IMG/VR virus record: IMGVR_UViG_2609459844_000008
Coordinates: 1 to 12,616 of that record
Source of the DNA: a virus
Lineage: Duplodnaviria > Heunggongvirae > Uroviricota > Caudoviricetes
Direction: 5' to 3' (one strand)
DNA: 12,616 nucleotides
Part shown: in pieces, positions 1 to 7,305 of the stretch
Numbering within the stretch: position 1 is the stretch's first letter
How the letters are laid out: the number at the start of each line of letters is the position of its first letter
Made by a program: the position numbers and the translations under genes
Notes under the pieces: generated by a model
The model's input: only the letters and a program-made list of their open reading frames with translations
Told to the model about the DNA's origin: nothing
Databases searched by the model: none

Positions 1-471
1 CAGTTTTTTGGCAATATGTAAGCCCTGGCCGACACAGCCGTACTGCCCTTTGCTCAGGTCTGCCTTCGGATGATTCAGCGTACTCATATCCTGCACATCA
101 TGCAGACAGTGGTCAGCCGGGATGATGTCGTTATACGTACAACTCTCTCCACCCGGAGTTACCGTGCTGCGGCGCGCCAGCTGTTTAATGCGCGGATCCG
201 GAGCATCGTAAGAATCCGGTAACGGAAGCCCTTCACCGTAGGCCATGCCGTTGGACTGTCCGGCAAGCACAACCACGTAGAACCAGTCCGGCTCAGATGA
301 AGGGCCGACCTGTGGATCTCCTTCAATAGCCACCGCCTGCATCAGTGTGTACGGCGTAATGGCAACCGGTCCGCCATATGGCTGCCAGCCCTCTTTCAGT
401 TTGTGTGTCAGCTTTTCCGCAAGGTCTGACGGCGACGCCGCCCTGACAACATCATAGTGTTTAAATGCCAT
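1..471 (-). CDS. Sialate O-acetylesterase NanS-p-like protein, N-terminal 157 codons only (gene continues past the window start)
   Basis: Manual translation of the minus strand from ATG at 471..469 gives MAFKHYDVVRAASPSDLAEKLTHKLKEGWQPYGGPVAITPYTLMQAVAIEGD..., then ...VVVLAGQSNGMAYGEG... (GQSN motif of SGNH/DUF303 esterases). SD GGAGG 5 nt upstream. Resemblance to the DUF1737 N-terminus of Stx-phage 933W L0105-type esterases is from memory, not searched. Frame stays open to position 1. Confidence 0.7.
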   Translation of the reverse strand, partial: MAFKHYDVVRAASPSDLAEKLTHKLKEGWQPYGGPVAITPYTLMQAVAIEGDPQVGPSSEPDWFYVVVLAGQSNGMAYGEGLPLPDSYDAPDPRIKQLARRSTVTPGGESCTYNDIIPADHCLHDVQDMSTLNHPKADLSKGQYGCVGQGLHIAKKL

Positions 472-665
472 GAATCCTCCCGGCCGGGATAATATTGTGA
501 GTAAAATGAGGAGCGGGCTGAAGTCCGGAAGTTACAGGACAATGGCAGAAGAGAGACAATAGCCCGCAATACGAAAAAGGCCGCGCTATTGCGCAGAGTG
601 ATTACTGTCGGATATTATTCGCCAGCTGAAATATTACTTCACGTTTTGTTGTTTATTCCTTGCCG

Positions 666-693
666 CCCGCGTCTCCCTGCGCGGGATTTTTTT
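666..693 (+). terminator. Candidate intrinsic terminator (plus strand)
   Basis: 6-bp GC stem CCCGCG(666-671)/CGCGGG(680-685), 8-nt loop, followed by A then seven T (687-693). No plus-strand ORF lies upstream of it. Confidence 0.45.
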
Positions 694-696
694 GTC

Positions 697-724
697 CATA
701 AGAAAGCCCCTCCGGAGAGGGGCT
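697..724 (-). terminator. Candidate intrinsic terminator (minus strand), back to back with the previous hairpin
   Basis: Perfect 8-bp stem AGCCCCTC(705-712)/GAGGGGCT(717-724) with CGGA loop; on the minus strand it is followed by UUCUUAU (interrupted U tract), so strength is uncertain. Confidence 0.35.
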
Positions 725-920
725 GGAGAGTGGCGCTATGTGCCATTGCATGGTGCCGGGTGCCTCCCGGTGAATTCAGTACCAGCACCTGAATCCGCGA
801 TTATCCCATATACCTACTCGCTGATTGCCCCTCCGCACAGGGGGATTCACCATGCCAGTTTCTTTTAACAAACTCCCCGCAAAACAGACAACTGTCAACC
901 GTCTGAATTGTGAGACATTT

Positions 921-945
921 AAAAAAAAGGCCCGCAAAAGCGAGC
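921..945 (-). terminator. Intrinsic terminator closing the tRNA cluster
   Basis: On the minus strand: hairpin GCUCGC-UUUU-GCGGGC (one G-U pair) from plus 930-945, followed directly by eight U (plus A-run 921-928), ~15 nt past the 3' CCA of the last tRNA. Confidence 0.65.
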
Positions 946-960
946 AAGGGAAAATAAGTG

Positions 961-1037
961 TGGCGCGTTGTACTGGATTCGAACCAGTGACCGATTGCTT
1001 AGAAGGCAATTGCTCTGTCCGGCTGAGCTAACAACGC
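961..1037 (-). tRNA. argO: tRNA-Arg, anticodon UCU (reads AGA), 77 nt with encoded CCA
   Basis: Hand-folded cloverleaf of the reverse complement: acceptor GCGTTGT/ACAACGC, D-stem GCTC/GAGC, anticodon stem ATTGC/GCAAT with loop CTTCTAA, T-arm ACTGG-TTCGAAT-CCAGT, discriminator G, CCA. Symbol is by positional analogy to the ileZ-argN-argO cluster of Stx phages and is tentative. Confidence 0.85.
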
Positions 1038-1050
1038 AGGGTACAGATAA

Positions 1051-1127
1051 TGGACCGCCATCGAGGACTCGAACCCCGCGCAACCAGCTTCGAAGGCTGG
1101 CGCTCTATCCTGATGAGCTAATGGCGG
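1051..1127 (-). tRNA. argN: tRNA-Arg, anticodon UCG (reads CGA), 77 nt with encoded CCA
   Basis: Hand-folded: acceptor CCGCCAT/ATGGCGG (C1-G72), D-stem GCTC/GAGC, anticodon stem CCAGC/GCTGG with loop CTTCGAA, T-arm CGGGG-TTCGAGT-CCTCG (one G-U), discriminator U, CCA. Symbol tentative. Confidence 0.8.
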
Positions 1128-1134
1128 TATGTGA

Positions 1135-1206
1135 TGGTGGCCCTTGCTGGATTTGAACCAGCGACCTGGCGATTATGAGTCGCTCTCACCACTGAGCTAA
1201 AGGGCC
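1135..1206 (-). tRNA. ileZ: tRNA-Ile2 (lysidine)/Met-type tRNA, anticodon CAU, only 72 nt; anticodon stem appears truncated (possible pseudo-tRNA)
   Basis: Acceptor GGCCCTT/AAGGGCC, D-arm GCTC-AGTGGTGA-GAGC, T-arm GCTGG-TTCAAAT-CCAGC, loop CTCATAA and CCA are all recognisable. Only 2 nt (GA) separate the D-stem from the anticodon loop where 6 are expected; compared with E. coli ileX as I recall it, about 4 nt of the 5' anticodon-stem strand are missing. Confidence 0.6.
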
Positions 1207-1215
1207 GGGAGCCGC

Positions 1216-1244
1216 ATAATAACGACGCGTAATTAATTCTTCAA
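1216..1244 (-). promoter_or_regulatory. Candidate sigma70 promoter for the tRNA cluster
   Basis: Minus strand reads TTGAAG (1244..1239), a 17-nt spacer, then TATTAT (1221..1216). Predicted start is 2-3 nt upstream of the mature 5' end of the first tRNA (1206), consistent with a short RNase P-processed leader. Confidence 0.5.
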
Positions 1245-1368
1245 TATCATCCGTTCTGGCTGACTAAATCCTGTACTTCCCGAACCGTCTGCTCAAAACA
1301 TTCAGTCTCCAGCTCAACGCCAATTGCACGACGCCCGAGCGCCAGTGCTGCTTTGACGCTACGGACAT

Positions 1369-1397
1369 AAAAAAGCCAGCCACTGGGGGAGGCTGGC
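1369..1397 (-). terminator. Candidate intrinsic terminator (minus strand) upstream of the tRNA promoter
   Basis: Perfect 7-bp stem GCCAGCC(1375-1381)/GGCTGGC(1391-1397), 9-nt loop; on the minus strand followed by six U (plus A-run 1369-1374). Confidence 0.55.
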
Positions 1398-1580
1398 GAA
1401 ACTCGTAGAGCAAAAGTGTTGTTACACTAACTTCGTCACAGGATTATCCTGCAATACTCAAAATACACAATATTTACAAAACTAATAGTATACAAGGCGA
1501 TCTTTAAGATTTTGTTATAAATTATTGCCTTTCTCCTCTTTCCATGAGCTTTCTGGGTAGCCACAGAATTCCGGGTACAG

Positions 1581-1604
1581 AAAAACCCGCTCAGCGGCGG
1601 GTTT
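1581..1604 (-). terminator. Candidate intrinsic terminator (minus strand)
   Basis: Stem CCCGC(1586-1590)/GCGGG(1597-1601), extendable with A-T pairs to 8 bp, 6-nt loop; on the minus strand followed by UUUUUCUG. Confidence 0.45.
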
Positions 1605-2031
1605 AAGCTGTGTGACGAAGTAACCACTCTTAACAGCATAACCAATTTTTTACGTACGTAAACCACTAAATGATATTTGCGAGAATGCTACCGAGTATTG
1701 AAAACACCACTACAAATACATAAGCAAATCTCAACAAATAACCAACAAATAATTTCCAGTGTTATTTTTAGCCGGTTTAAATTGAACCTTCAAATTATAG
1801 AGCACTTATAAATAACAGCCGTTAATATAAATTGGCTAATAGATTTATTTTTATTCAGCCAAGAGCCATGAATAGGATTCGATAGAAAAAAGTTCAGATA
1901 AAAATAGAGATCTACTTCACAAATCAAACGAGAAACCAAAACTAACATCTTGAAATAATCACATTGATTAGATGAATATTTATCGCGCAGTGACATCATT
2001 TTTTAATAATAGTTCAAAAAAAGGGCTCACG

Positions 2032-3114
2032 ATGAAAAAATTAACAGTGGCAATTTCTGCTGTAGCTGCATCAGTACTGATGGCGATGTCTGCTCAGGCA
2101 GCTGAAATTTATAATAAAGACAGTAACAAGCTGGATCTGTACGGGAAAGTTAATGCTAAGCACTATTTCTCCTCTAATGATGCAGATGATGGTGATACTA
2201 CTTATGCCCGTCTTGGCTTCAAAGGTGAAACCCAAATCAACGATCAACTGACTGGTTTCGGTCAGTGGGAATATGAATTCAAAGGCAACCGCGCTGAATC
2301 TCAAGGTTCCTCCAAAGATAAAACCCGTCTTGCCTTCGCTGGCCTGAAATTCGGTGACTACGGCTCAATCGATTACGGCCGTAACTACGGTGTAGCATAC
2401 GACATCGGTGCGTGGACTGACGTTCTGCCAGAATTCGGTGGCGATACCTGGACCCAAACAGATGTGTTCATGACTGGTCGCACCACTGGTGTTGCAACTT
2501 ATCGTAACAACGACTTCTTTGGTCTGGTTGATGGTCTGAACTTTGCTGCTCAGTATCAGGGTAAAAATGACCGCACTGACGTAACTGAAGCTAATGGTGA
2601 TGGTTTCGGTTTCTCCACTACTTATGAGTATGAAGGATTCGGTGTAGGTGCAACCTATGCTAAATCTGACCGCACTAATAATCAGGTTATCTACGGTAAC
2701 AACAGCCTGAATGCATCTGGTCAAAATGCTGAAGTATGGGCAGCTGGTCTGAAATATGATGCGAACAACATCTATCTGGCTACCACCTATTCTGAACCCC
2801 AGAACATGACTGTTTTTGGTAATAACCATATTGCCAACAAAGCACAAAACTTCGAAGTAGTTGCACAATATCAGTTCGACTTCGGTCTGCGTCCGTCCGT
2901 TGCTTACCTGCAATCTAAAGGAAAAGACTTGGGTGCGTGGGGTGATCAGGACCTGGTTGAATATATTGATGTAGGTGCAACCTATTACTTCAACAAAAAT
3001 ATGTCCACTTTTGTTGATTACAAAATCAACCTGATTGATAAGAGCGATTTCACGAAAGCATCTGGCGTTGCTACCGATGATATCGTTGCTGTAGGTATGG
3101 TTTACCAGTTCTAA
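2032..3114 (+). CDS. Outer-membrane general porin, OmpC/OmpF superfamily, closest in character to OmpD/NmpC/Lc prophage porins (360 aa)
   Basis: Start taken at the internal ATG 2032 with SD AAGGG 6 nt upstream, not the 1972 ATG. Signal peptide [23 protein letters not shown] then [16 protein letters not shown]; characteristic porin motifs ([44 protein letters not shown]) and C-terminal ...VAVGMVYQF ending in Phe. TAA stop 3112-3114. Confidence 0.95.
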   Translation: MKKLTVAISAVAASVLMAMSAQAAEIYNKDSNKLDLYGKVNAKHYFSSNDADDGDTTYARLGFKGETQINDQLTGFGQWEYEFKGNRAESQGSSKDKTRLAFAGLKFGDYGSIDYGRNYGVAYDIGAWTDVLPEFGGDTWTQTDVFMTGRTTGVATYRNNDFFGLVDGLNFAAQYQGKNDRTDVTEANGDGFGFSTTYEYEGFGVGATYAKSDRTNNQVIYGNNSLNASGQNAEVWAAGLKYDANNIYLATTYSEPQNMTVFGNNHIANKAQNFEVVAQYQFDFGLRPSVAYLQSKGKDLGAWGDQDLVEYIDVGATYYFNKNMSTFVDYKINLIDKSDFTKASGVATDDIVAVGMVYQF

Positions 3115-3138
3115 TTTGATTACTAAAAGATATGTTGC

Positions 3139-3157
3139 GGGGGGGTTTGCCTCCCCC
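3139..3157 (-). other. GC hairpin between the Q-like gene and the porin 3' end; weak terminator candidate on the minus strand
   Basis: G-run 3139-3145 pairs with C-run 3153-3157 around a 7-nt loop; on the minus strand it is followed by GCAACAUAUCUUUU (U tract displaced ~8 nt), so terminator function is doubtful. Confidence 0.3.
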
Positions 3158-3250
3158 ACATATAAGAGGCTCCCTCAAGCCACTTCCTTTAGGAGCACAA
3201 CCTTGCTTCTAACTATATAAACCTTCTGTTATATATTACCCTTTATTTTT

Positions 3251-3280
3251 GGGGGCGTTGCAACGCCCCATTTTTAATAA
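3251..3280 (+). terminator. Intrinsic terminator of the porin gene
   Basis: Perfect palindrome GGGGCGTTGCAACGCCCC (3252-3269) followed on the plus strand by ATTTTTAATAATTTTT. Confidence 0.6.
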
Positions 3281-3302
3281 TTTTTAGTAAACAATTGGCA
3301 TA

Positions 3303-3686
3303 TTAATTAGAGTTATTAACAACGATATCCATCTCTAACCGGATATCTAATGCCATTAACATCCCTTCAATTATGCCCTCAGCCTTCTGTAACCTTTTCC
3401 CGATATAACCATCAGAGCAGCAATGCTTACCTGCCAGTGACATGAATGTCATACCGACTACATAATAATCTACTAATAAATCGTGCAAATCGCTGTTGTT
3501 CTTTTTCAGACGGGCCATGCACCCGCAAATAATCATCGCGTCATCGTCACAACATTGCGGGCGAGATTTTACTTTTGAAGTAATTAATCCCTTAAAACCG
3601 GCGGCAATGGACGACCAGGTCACATCTTCATGATTATTAGCCGCCCACGCTCCCCAGCGTTCGAGAACCATCTGAATATCACGCAT
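3303..3686 (-). CDS. Late-gene antiterminator Q-like protein (QuuD/DLP12-type, 127 aa)
   Basis: Start moved from the TTG at 3701 to ATG 3686..3684, which has SD GGAG 7 nt upstream. Product [24 protein letters not shown]...[16 protein letters not shown]... matches my recollection of the DLP12 QuuD-type Q protein. Last gene of the minus-strand operon, convergent with the porin gene. Confidence 0.8.
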   Translation of the reverse strand: MRDIQMVLERWGAWAANNHEDVTWSSIAAGFKGLITSKVKSRPQCCDDDAMIICGCMARLKKNNSDLHDLLVDYYVVGMTFMSLAGKHCCSDGYIGKRLQKAEGIIEGMLMALDIRLEMDIVVNNSN

Positions 3687-3703
3687 CAACTTTCTCCACA
3701 AAA

Positions 3704-4723
3704 TCAGGACAGCACACCAATCGCCAGCGCGCGATCGATAAAACGAAATATCAGCTCCAGTTGGGAACCATACTTCTCTTCAAATGCCACGGTATCCGCA
3801 TGTAGTTCGTCATGGTGTTTTCTGCACAAAGGCAACACAAAAAGGTCATGCGCTTTTGTACCCATTCCACCCTGACCATGACCAATCAGGTGATGAGGAT
3901 CGTCGGCTGGCTTACCACAACATGCACACGGCTGCGTCTTAACCCAGCGCGTGTACTTTTCATTAACCCAGCGACGACGTTTTGGGCGTAACATAAAAGA
4001 CTCCGGCGACTCCGGATCCACTTTCAGCGCCAGCACCTTTTTCGCTTTATCCTGGATGATGCTGGTGGCAGGAACCGAAGGCACAAGGTCACTTTCCCGG
4101 GTGACAGACGGCACAACAGGCTTCGGTAATCTCAGTGCCTTACGGGCTGCACTTTCCGGTAAGGCATCCGCCAGGTCATTACGAATCAGCCACCAGCACA
4201 GTTCCGGCATTGTCACAACGTGACTGTCATCAAAACCGAGATCCCGACGCACAACAGACAACACCCAGCGGGCACAGTTATCCGTTGCCATTGATTCCAG
4301 CCGTTCCGTGAACTGATCGCGCAGCTGGTTATCGCAGTGCCAGCACAGACGGATTGCACCCGGAGCGTGTCGCATTGTGGTCATGTTCTCGCTGTGCCAG
4401 TCGGAATGAGGCCACTGGCAGCCTTTTTCACGAAGTAACCAGCTTTCAAGACATTCCACGCCACCAGCACGACGGATCACTGCCTCATTGCGGAACACGG
4501 CCCGAACGGCAGGATCATCCGCCAGCGGTTGTGATGCCGCCGGAACGGCACCACTGGCGAAAGATGAATAACGTTCCGGCTCAGGCTCCAGCAGGACACG
4601 CCCCTGCATAAACAGGGGCATCAGCTCTGAACCGGGCCTGAACAATACAATCCCCATACGCGGGGCAATTTCAGGGGTCAGCAGTGCTCTCACGGTCACC
4701 TCAGCAAACGATATTGAATGCAT
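3704..4723 (-). CDS. nin-region protein, DUF968/YdfU-like, with a C-terminal HNH-like Cys/His motif (339 aa)
   Basis: ATG 4723..4721 with no strong SD. C-terminus ...[45 protein letters not shown] has the CxxC...HH...GG...C..HH spacing of HNH nucleases. Family name recalled, not searched. Confidence 0.7.
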   Translation of the reverse strand: MHSISFAEVTVRALLTPEIAPRMGIVLFRPGSELMPLFMQGRVLLEPEPERYSSFASGAVPAASQPLADDPAVRAVFRNEAVIRRAGGVECLESWLLREKGCQWPHSDWHSENMTTMRHAPGAIRLCWHCDNQLRDQFTERLESMATDNCARWVLSVVRRDLGFDDSHVVTMPELCWWLIRNDLADALPESAARKALRLPKPVVPSVTRESDLVPSVPATSIIQDKAKKVLALKVDPESPESFMLRPKRRRWVNEKYTRWVKTQPCACCGKPADDPHHLIGHGQGGMGTKAHDLFVLPLCRKHHDELHADTVAFEEKYGSQLELIFRFIDRALAIGVLS

Positions 4724-4744
4724 ACAGAGAAAAAAACTCAGTCA

Positions 4745-5002
4745 TCACGCAGTAAACTCCTTCACCAGTATTTCAAACTGGCTTACCTGTCCTTCCAGTT
4801 CCTCCACGCAATCCACCAGCTCATCCACCGCCTTTTGTGTACGGTGTTTTGCCTGCAGCAGATCACGAAGCGCCGGAGTAAGCTGCTTGCGGAGCGTATC
4901 TTTTGCCACGCTCGTTTTTTCCATCTGTTCAGCACAACGAAGCATCTCCTGCGCCTGCCGACGAAGTTGTTCCGGTGAAACAGTGATTGTTCTGTTGTTC
5001 AA
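4745..5002 (-). CDS. Hypothetical small protein (85 aa), predicted helical/coiled-coil
   Basis: TTG start at 5002..5000 overlapping the DnaB-like TGA (TTGA), with GGAG 9 nt upstream. No recognised domain. Confidence 0.5.
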   Translation of the reverse strand: MNNRTITVSPEQLRRQAQEMLRCAEQMEKTSVAKDTLRKQLTPALRDLLQAKHRTQKAVDELVDCVEELEGQVSQFEILVKEFTA

Positions 5003-6399
5003 AATAAACGCTCCGTTTTACTGCCCGACATGCGGTTATTGCTGTATCTGCGCGGATTGCCCGGCGTCATGGGTGTGGAAAGAACCCGGGCACTCTCCTG
5101 ATCCACAGGCAGAAAATGCCCGTTATGAAAACGCCGGTAAATGGTACCCAGCGTGCCATTACGCTGTTTCGTGATGTTGATTTCTGCTATGCCTCTGGCC
5201 TGAGTTTCCGGGTTGTATACCTCATCCCTGTAAAGCATCAGAATGATGTCGGCATCCGCCTCGATTTCCCCGGAGTTTTTCAGGTCCGAGTTCATTGGGC
5301 GTTTATTGGGTCTGGATTCCACGCCGCGGGAGAGCTGGCTCAGAGCAATCAGCGGAAAACCGCCGGATTTTGCCAGGCTTTTAAGTCCCTTTGAGATTTC
5401 CCCCACCGCAAGGTCGTGACGCCCCGTGCTGCGGGTTTTAATCAGGCCGAGGTAATCGACCACCACCAGCGCCGTTTCCGGGTGTTTCATCCGGTGGTGC
5501 TTCGTGGTTGCACATATCTCATCAATGGTCAGGTTTGCCTGGTCCACCATCCAGATATTACGCCCCGTCATTCGTCCCACGCCCTGCGTGAAACGCGCCC
5601 AGTCTTCATCTTCAAAACGGGCAACAGACTTAAGACGGGATACCGGCATTCCACCGGCAGCAGACACCATACGTTCACCAATCTGGATGTTCGCCATCTC
5701 CATGGTGAACAGAAGCACGCCATGCCCCTGCTCAGTCACCTTGTCGATGATGTCCAGCGCAAGTTCGGTTTTCCCCATCGAAGGACGGGCGGCAATGAAT
5801 ACCAGGTCTCCGGGCTCCATACCGCCCGTTTTTGCGTCCAGTTCATCAATACCGGTCATCAGCGCCCTGGATTTCTCCAGTCCCTGATTGCGGCATTCAA
5901 CACGGTCGACCACTTCCGGAAGGACATCATCAATGTGAACCGGCTGAATGACGCCCTTTCCGGTCGACAGTGAGGCCATCATGTTCTGCGCATCCTTCAG
6001 GGCATCCTCGGCTGCTTCACAGGTATACGCATCACGTAAATTCTGTAATGCTTCAGTCAGTGTTTTTTCTGCATCGCGCAGTGCGGCATTGCGCCGCAAC
6101 GCTGCGACATAGTGCTCCAGTGAAGACTTCACCCAGGTTTTGCGTCCGGTGTCGGTAATCACCGGGGCAAGTTCCGGCATCTCATTGCACAGCAGTACGG
6201 GGTCAATGACGCCGGATATGCGAGCCTGTCTGCAAATCCCCGCGTAAATATCCCGGTACTGACGCACAAAAAATACATCCGCCGGAAGTGTGGCCAGAAT
6301 ATCCATCACTTCCGGATCGGCCCCACGCAGAAAAAACGCACCGATGACAGCGCCTTCCAGGTCATCGTTACGCCATGCCGGGGTGTTCTGGCTGGTCAT
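4999..6399 (-). CDS. Replicative DNA helicase, DnaB family (466 aa, phage-encoded)
   Basis: ATG 6399..6397 overlaps the upstream stop (ATGA); SD GGAGG upstream. Walker A AARPSMGKTELALD and Walker B LVVVDYLGL, typical DnaB N- and C-domain sequence. Confidence 0.95.
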   Translation of the reverse strand: MTSQNTPAWRNDDLEGAVIGAFFLRGADPEVMDILATLPADVFFVRQYRDIYAGICRQARISGVIDPVLLCNEMPELAPVITDTGRKTWVKSSLEHYVAALRRNAALRDAEKTLTEALQNLRDAYTCEAAEDALKDAQNMMASLSTGKGVIQPVHIDDVLPEVVDRVECRNQGLEKSRALMTGIDELDAKTGGMEPGDLVFIAARPSMGKTELALDIIDKVTEQGHGVLLFTMEMANIQIGERMVSAAGGMPVSRLKSVARFEDEDWARFTQGVGRMTGRNIWMVDQANLTIDEICATTKHHRMKHPETALVVVDYLGLIKTRSTGRHDLAVGEISKGLKSLAKSGGFPLIALSQLSRGVESRPNKRPMNSDLKNSGEIEADADIILMLYRDEVYNPETQARGIAEINITKQRNGTLGTIYRRFHNGHFLPVDQESARVLSTPMTPGNPRRYSNNRMSGSKTERLF

Positions 6400-7295
6400 G
6401 CGGCAACACCTCCGATACGAGAACGGTAGCTGGGCCAGTTAAACGACAACCAGTTGCGCCCGCCATCGGTGATCCTGTCGGCAATCCGGGGACTGATGAA
6501 CGCCCACAATTCTTCCGGTGAAAGGTTGCTGATCAGGATAGTTGGCAAAATACCCTCATACCGGGCATTGATAATTTCCTGCAAAATGGCCATTTCAGCC
6601 GCACTGCCAAACTGAACGCCGACTTCGTCGACAATCAGCAAATCCAGTGACGCATAATGCTCAATGACGTCATCCGCTGTTTTTTCACTGTCATTCCGCC
6701 AGCAGTTTTTCACAGCCCGGGTAAGGCGCATCACGTCGGTGATCTCCACACTGGCCAGATAGTTACGGATGATGTGTTTTGCCATTGATACCGCCAGATG
6801 ATTTTTCCCGGTACCGCAACTGCCGGTCATAACAATACTGGTACCGTTCTCCAGCATATCTGGCCAGTTCTCCGCATAGCGGCGACAGGCCGCAAGATTT
6901 CTGGCTGCGTCAGGATTAACCTCCAGATAATTATCAAACTCGCAGTCCCGAAAACGCAGAGCAATTCCGGCGTTATCAGTCAGTTCTTCCGCCTTGAGGG
7001 ACGACAGTTCCATGGTCAAATCACTGGCCTCAGCGATCAAGCAGTCAGGGCAGCATGAAATTTTTTCTCTGTCCTCGCCATTACGATCGATCCACACCAG
7101 TATATGCGTACGATATTTACCGTGTTTTTCGCAATATCCGCGATCTTCACGCATCAGGCAGGAACGATAAGGCCATGGCTTTTCGCCCTTCTGAGCAAAT
7201 GCAATCTCTGCCCGTAACTCATCCATTTCTGCCCGTAACTCATCCATTCGCGCCTGTAGTCTTGTTTGTTTCTCACGTTGGTCAATCGTCATCAT
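6396..7295 (-). CDS. DnaC-like helicase loader, IstB-type AAA+ ATPase (about 299 aa)
   Basis: Walker A GSCGTGKNHLAVSMAK and Walker B LLIVDEVG. The longest ORF starts at GTG 7304; ATG 7295..7293 is preferred because GAGGT sits 7 nt upstream. The N-terminus contains a perfect 7-aa duplication (MDELRAE x2). Confidence 0.9.
   Translation of the reverse strand: MMTIDQREKQTRLQARMDELRAEMDELRAEIAFAQKGEKPWPYRSCLMREDRGYCEKHGKYRTHILVWIDRNGEDREKISCCPDCLIAEASDLTMELSSLKAEELTDNAGIALRFRDCEFDNYLEVNPDAARNLAACRRYAENWPDMLENGTSIVMTGSCGTGKNHLAVSMAKHIIRNYLASVEITDVMRLTRAVKNCWRNDSEKTADDVIEHYASLDLLIVDEVGVQFGSAAEMAILQEIINARYEGILPTILISNLSPEELWAFISPRIADRITDGGRNWLSFNWPSYRSRIGGVAA
7207..7248. repeat. Perfect 21-bp tandem duplication (2 copies) inside the DnaC-like gene
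   Basis: TCTGCCCGTAACTCATCCATT at 7207-7227 and again at 7228-7248; in frame, encoding MDELRAE twice. Confidence 0.9.
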
Positions 7296-7305
7296 CGCTG
7301 TCACC

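Noticed and set aside
589-1156. ORFs 589..792, 776..1009, 825..1031 and 968..1156
   Set aside because: They overlap the tRNA genes or the terminator hairpins of the spacer and have no RBS; the tRNA and terminator interpretation explains the sequence better.
1436-1999. Minus-strand ORFs 1436..1666 and 1790..1999
   Set aside because: Fall in the AT-rich porin upstream region; products are low-complexity (Ile/Asn/Lys/Tyr-rich) with no RBS, and the first spans a predicted terminator hairpin.
1972-2031. Sixty-nucleotide N-terminal extension of the porin ORF (start at ATG 1972)
   Set aside because: The extension precedes a canonical signal peptide that begins at the internal ATG 2032, which has an AAGGG RBS; the upstream ATG has none.
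2365-3159. 264-codon minus-strand ORF antisense to the porin gene, and the 77-codon ORF at 2071..2304
   Set aside because: Lie entirely within the well-supported porin CDS on the opposite strand; translations lack protein-like composition.
3630-4611. Plus-strand ORFs 3630..3875, 3951..4223 and 4354..4611
   Set aside because: Antisense to the Q-like and DUF968-like genes, with no translation signals.
5116-6158. Plus-strand ORFs 5116..5394, 5416..5973, 5504..5887 and 5970..6158
   Set aside because: All are antisense to the DnaB-like helicase gene; no RBS; Arg/His/Pro-rich products typical of antisense frames of GC-rich coding DNA.
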